A stretch of 64,000 nucleotides of DNA from Bdellovibrio sp. (lineage in GTDB: Bacteria > Bdellovibrionota > Bdellovibrionia > Bdellovibrionales > Bdellovibrionaceae): the NCBI GenBank assembly GCA_036677065.1, contig JAKFBS010000003.1:320001-384000 (forward strand), in the 5' to 3' direction. This document shows, in pieces, positions 63,342-64,000 of the stretch. The first letter of the stretch is position 1, and the number at the start of each line of letters is the position of its first letter. The notes below the pieces were generated by a model. It saw only the letters and a program-made list of their open reading frames with translations, did no database searches and had not been told where the DNA came from. The position numbers and the translations under genes were made by a program.

Positions 63342-64000
63342 ATGTCAGTAAAACCCATCTTAAGTATTAAGAACTTAAAAAAGACTTACCCTAACGGAGT
63401 ACAAGCGCTTAAAGGCGTTAGTTTCGATGTTAAAAAGGGTGAGTTCTTAGTTGTGATCGGTCTTTCAGGATCGGGCAAATCAACGATGCTTCGTTGTATT
63501 AACCGTTTGCACGAACCAACCAGCGGAAACATAGTTTTCAATGACGGCAATACTGAAAAAGATTTAGCAAAAATTGAAAAGCCAGCTGAAATCAAATGGC
63601 TTCGCCAAAATGTGGGAATGATCTTCCAGCATTTCAATTTGATTCCGCGTCACTCGGTTCTTAGCAACGTTTTGATGGGTAAACTTTCAAAAACTTCGAC
63701 GCTTAAAAGCTTATTCGGCATGTTTTCTGACGCCGATGTAGCAGATGCGATGAAGTATTTAAAACTTGTGGGTATCGCTGATAAGGCGCATATCCGCGCC
63801 GATCAGTTATCAGGCGGTCAACAGCAACGTGTTGCGATCGCCAGAGCATTAACACAAAATCCTCAAATTCTATTAGCTGACGAACCAGTGGCCTCTTTAG
63901 ATCCGGCTACTTGTCACGTAGTGATGGATTACTTAAGAAAAGTAAACCAAGAATTAGGAATCACAATCGTATGTAATCTGCATTTCTTATCTTTAGTGCG
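63342..64000 (+). CDS. phnC: Phosphonate ABC transporter ATP-binding protein (3' end off window)
   Basis: Not in the ORF track (no stop in window). MSVKPILSIKNLKKTYPNG…GLSGSGKSTMLRCINRL…IFQHFNL…LSGGQQQRVAIAR…ADEPVASLDP…CNLH. Confidence 0.92.
   Translation, partial: MSVKPILSIKNLKKTYPNGVQALKGVSFDVKKGEFLVVIGLSGSGKSTMLRCINRLHEPTSGNIVFNDGNTEKDLAKIEKPAEIKWLRQNVGMIFQHFNLIPRHSVLSNVLMGKLSKTSTLKSLFGMFSDADVADAMKYLKLVGIADKAHIRADQLSGGQQQRVAIARALTQNPQILLADEPVASLDPATCHVVMDYLRKVNQELGITIVCNLHFLSLV

Noticed and set aside
1..64000. CRISPR array, tRNA, rRNA, riboswitch or prophage
   Set aside because: Intergenic gaps are short (mostly under 200 bp) and none showed repeat-spacer periodicity, a cloverleaf or a recognisable aptamer; a covariance-model search would be needed to exclude small ncRNAs.

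Overview
AT-rich (roughly 40% GC by eye), gene-dense bacterial chromosome segment. Gene content (CdgA-like degenerate GGDEF protein, PEGA-domain Ser/Thr kinase, giant zinc-metalloprotease lipoprotein, many secreted hypotheticals, sigma28 and sigma54 promoter matches) points to a predatory Bdellovibrionota such as a Bdellovibrio/Pseudobdellovibrio relative; this is an inference. I found about 50 CDS and no rRNA, tRNA, CRISPR array, transposase or phage gene. Housekeeping genes include recN (partial), nadK, an M3 peptidase, fadD-like ligase, coaE, addAB, rnhA, nadB, alr, mlaEFD, yhaM, cysE, hrpB, rsmI, phnDC and a nucleoside ABC transporter. The most striking region is a 4-kb cassette (27611-31667) encoding a hemerythrin-PAS protein, heme A synthase, a RIC-like hemerythrin, an unannotated 40-aa membrane peptide and a cytochrome-c-oxidase subunit I paralog. 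That paralog keeps its three heme-ligand His but appears to have lost all three CuB His. Two copies of a Crp/Fnr-type box sit about 43 bp upstream of apparently leaderless start codons in the cassette. Other leads are a signal-peptide-bearing Fic enzyme next to a caspase-fold-like secreted protein, a sigma28-driven barrel-lipoprotein-barrel operon, a sigma54-driven barrel plus 1740-aa metalloprotease pair, a pseudo-kinase/pseudo-cyclase pair heading the alr-mla operon, a MlaD with a C-terminal beta-barrel, and an RNase HI with a C-terminal hybrid-binding domain. All family assignments come from motif recognition by eye; no searches were run.
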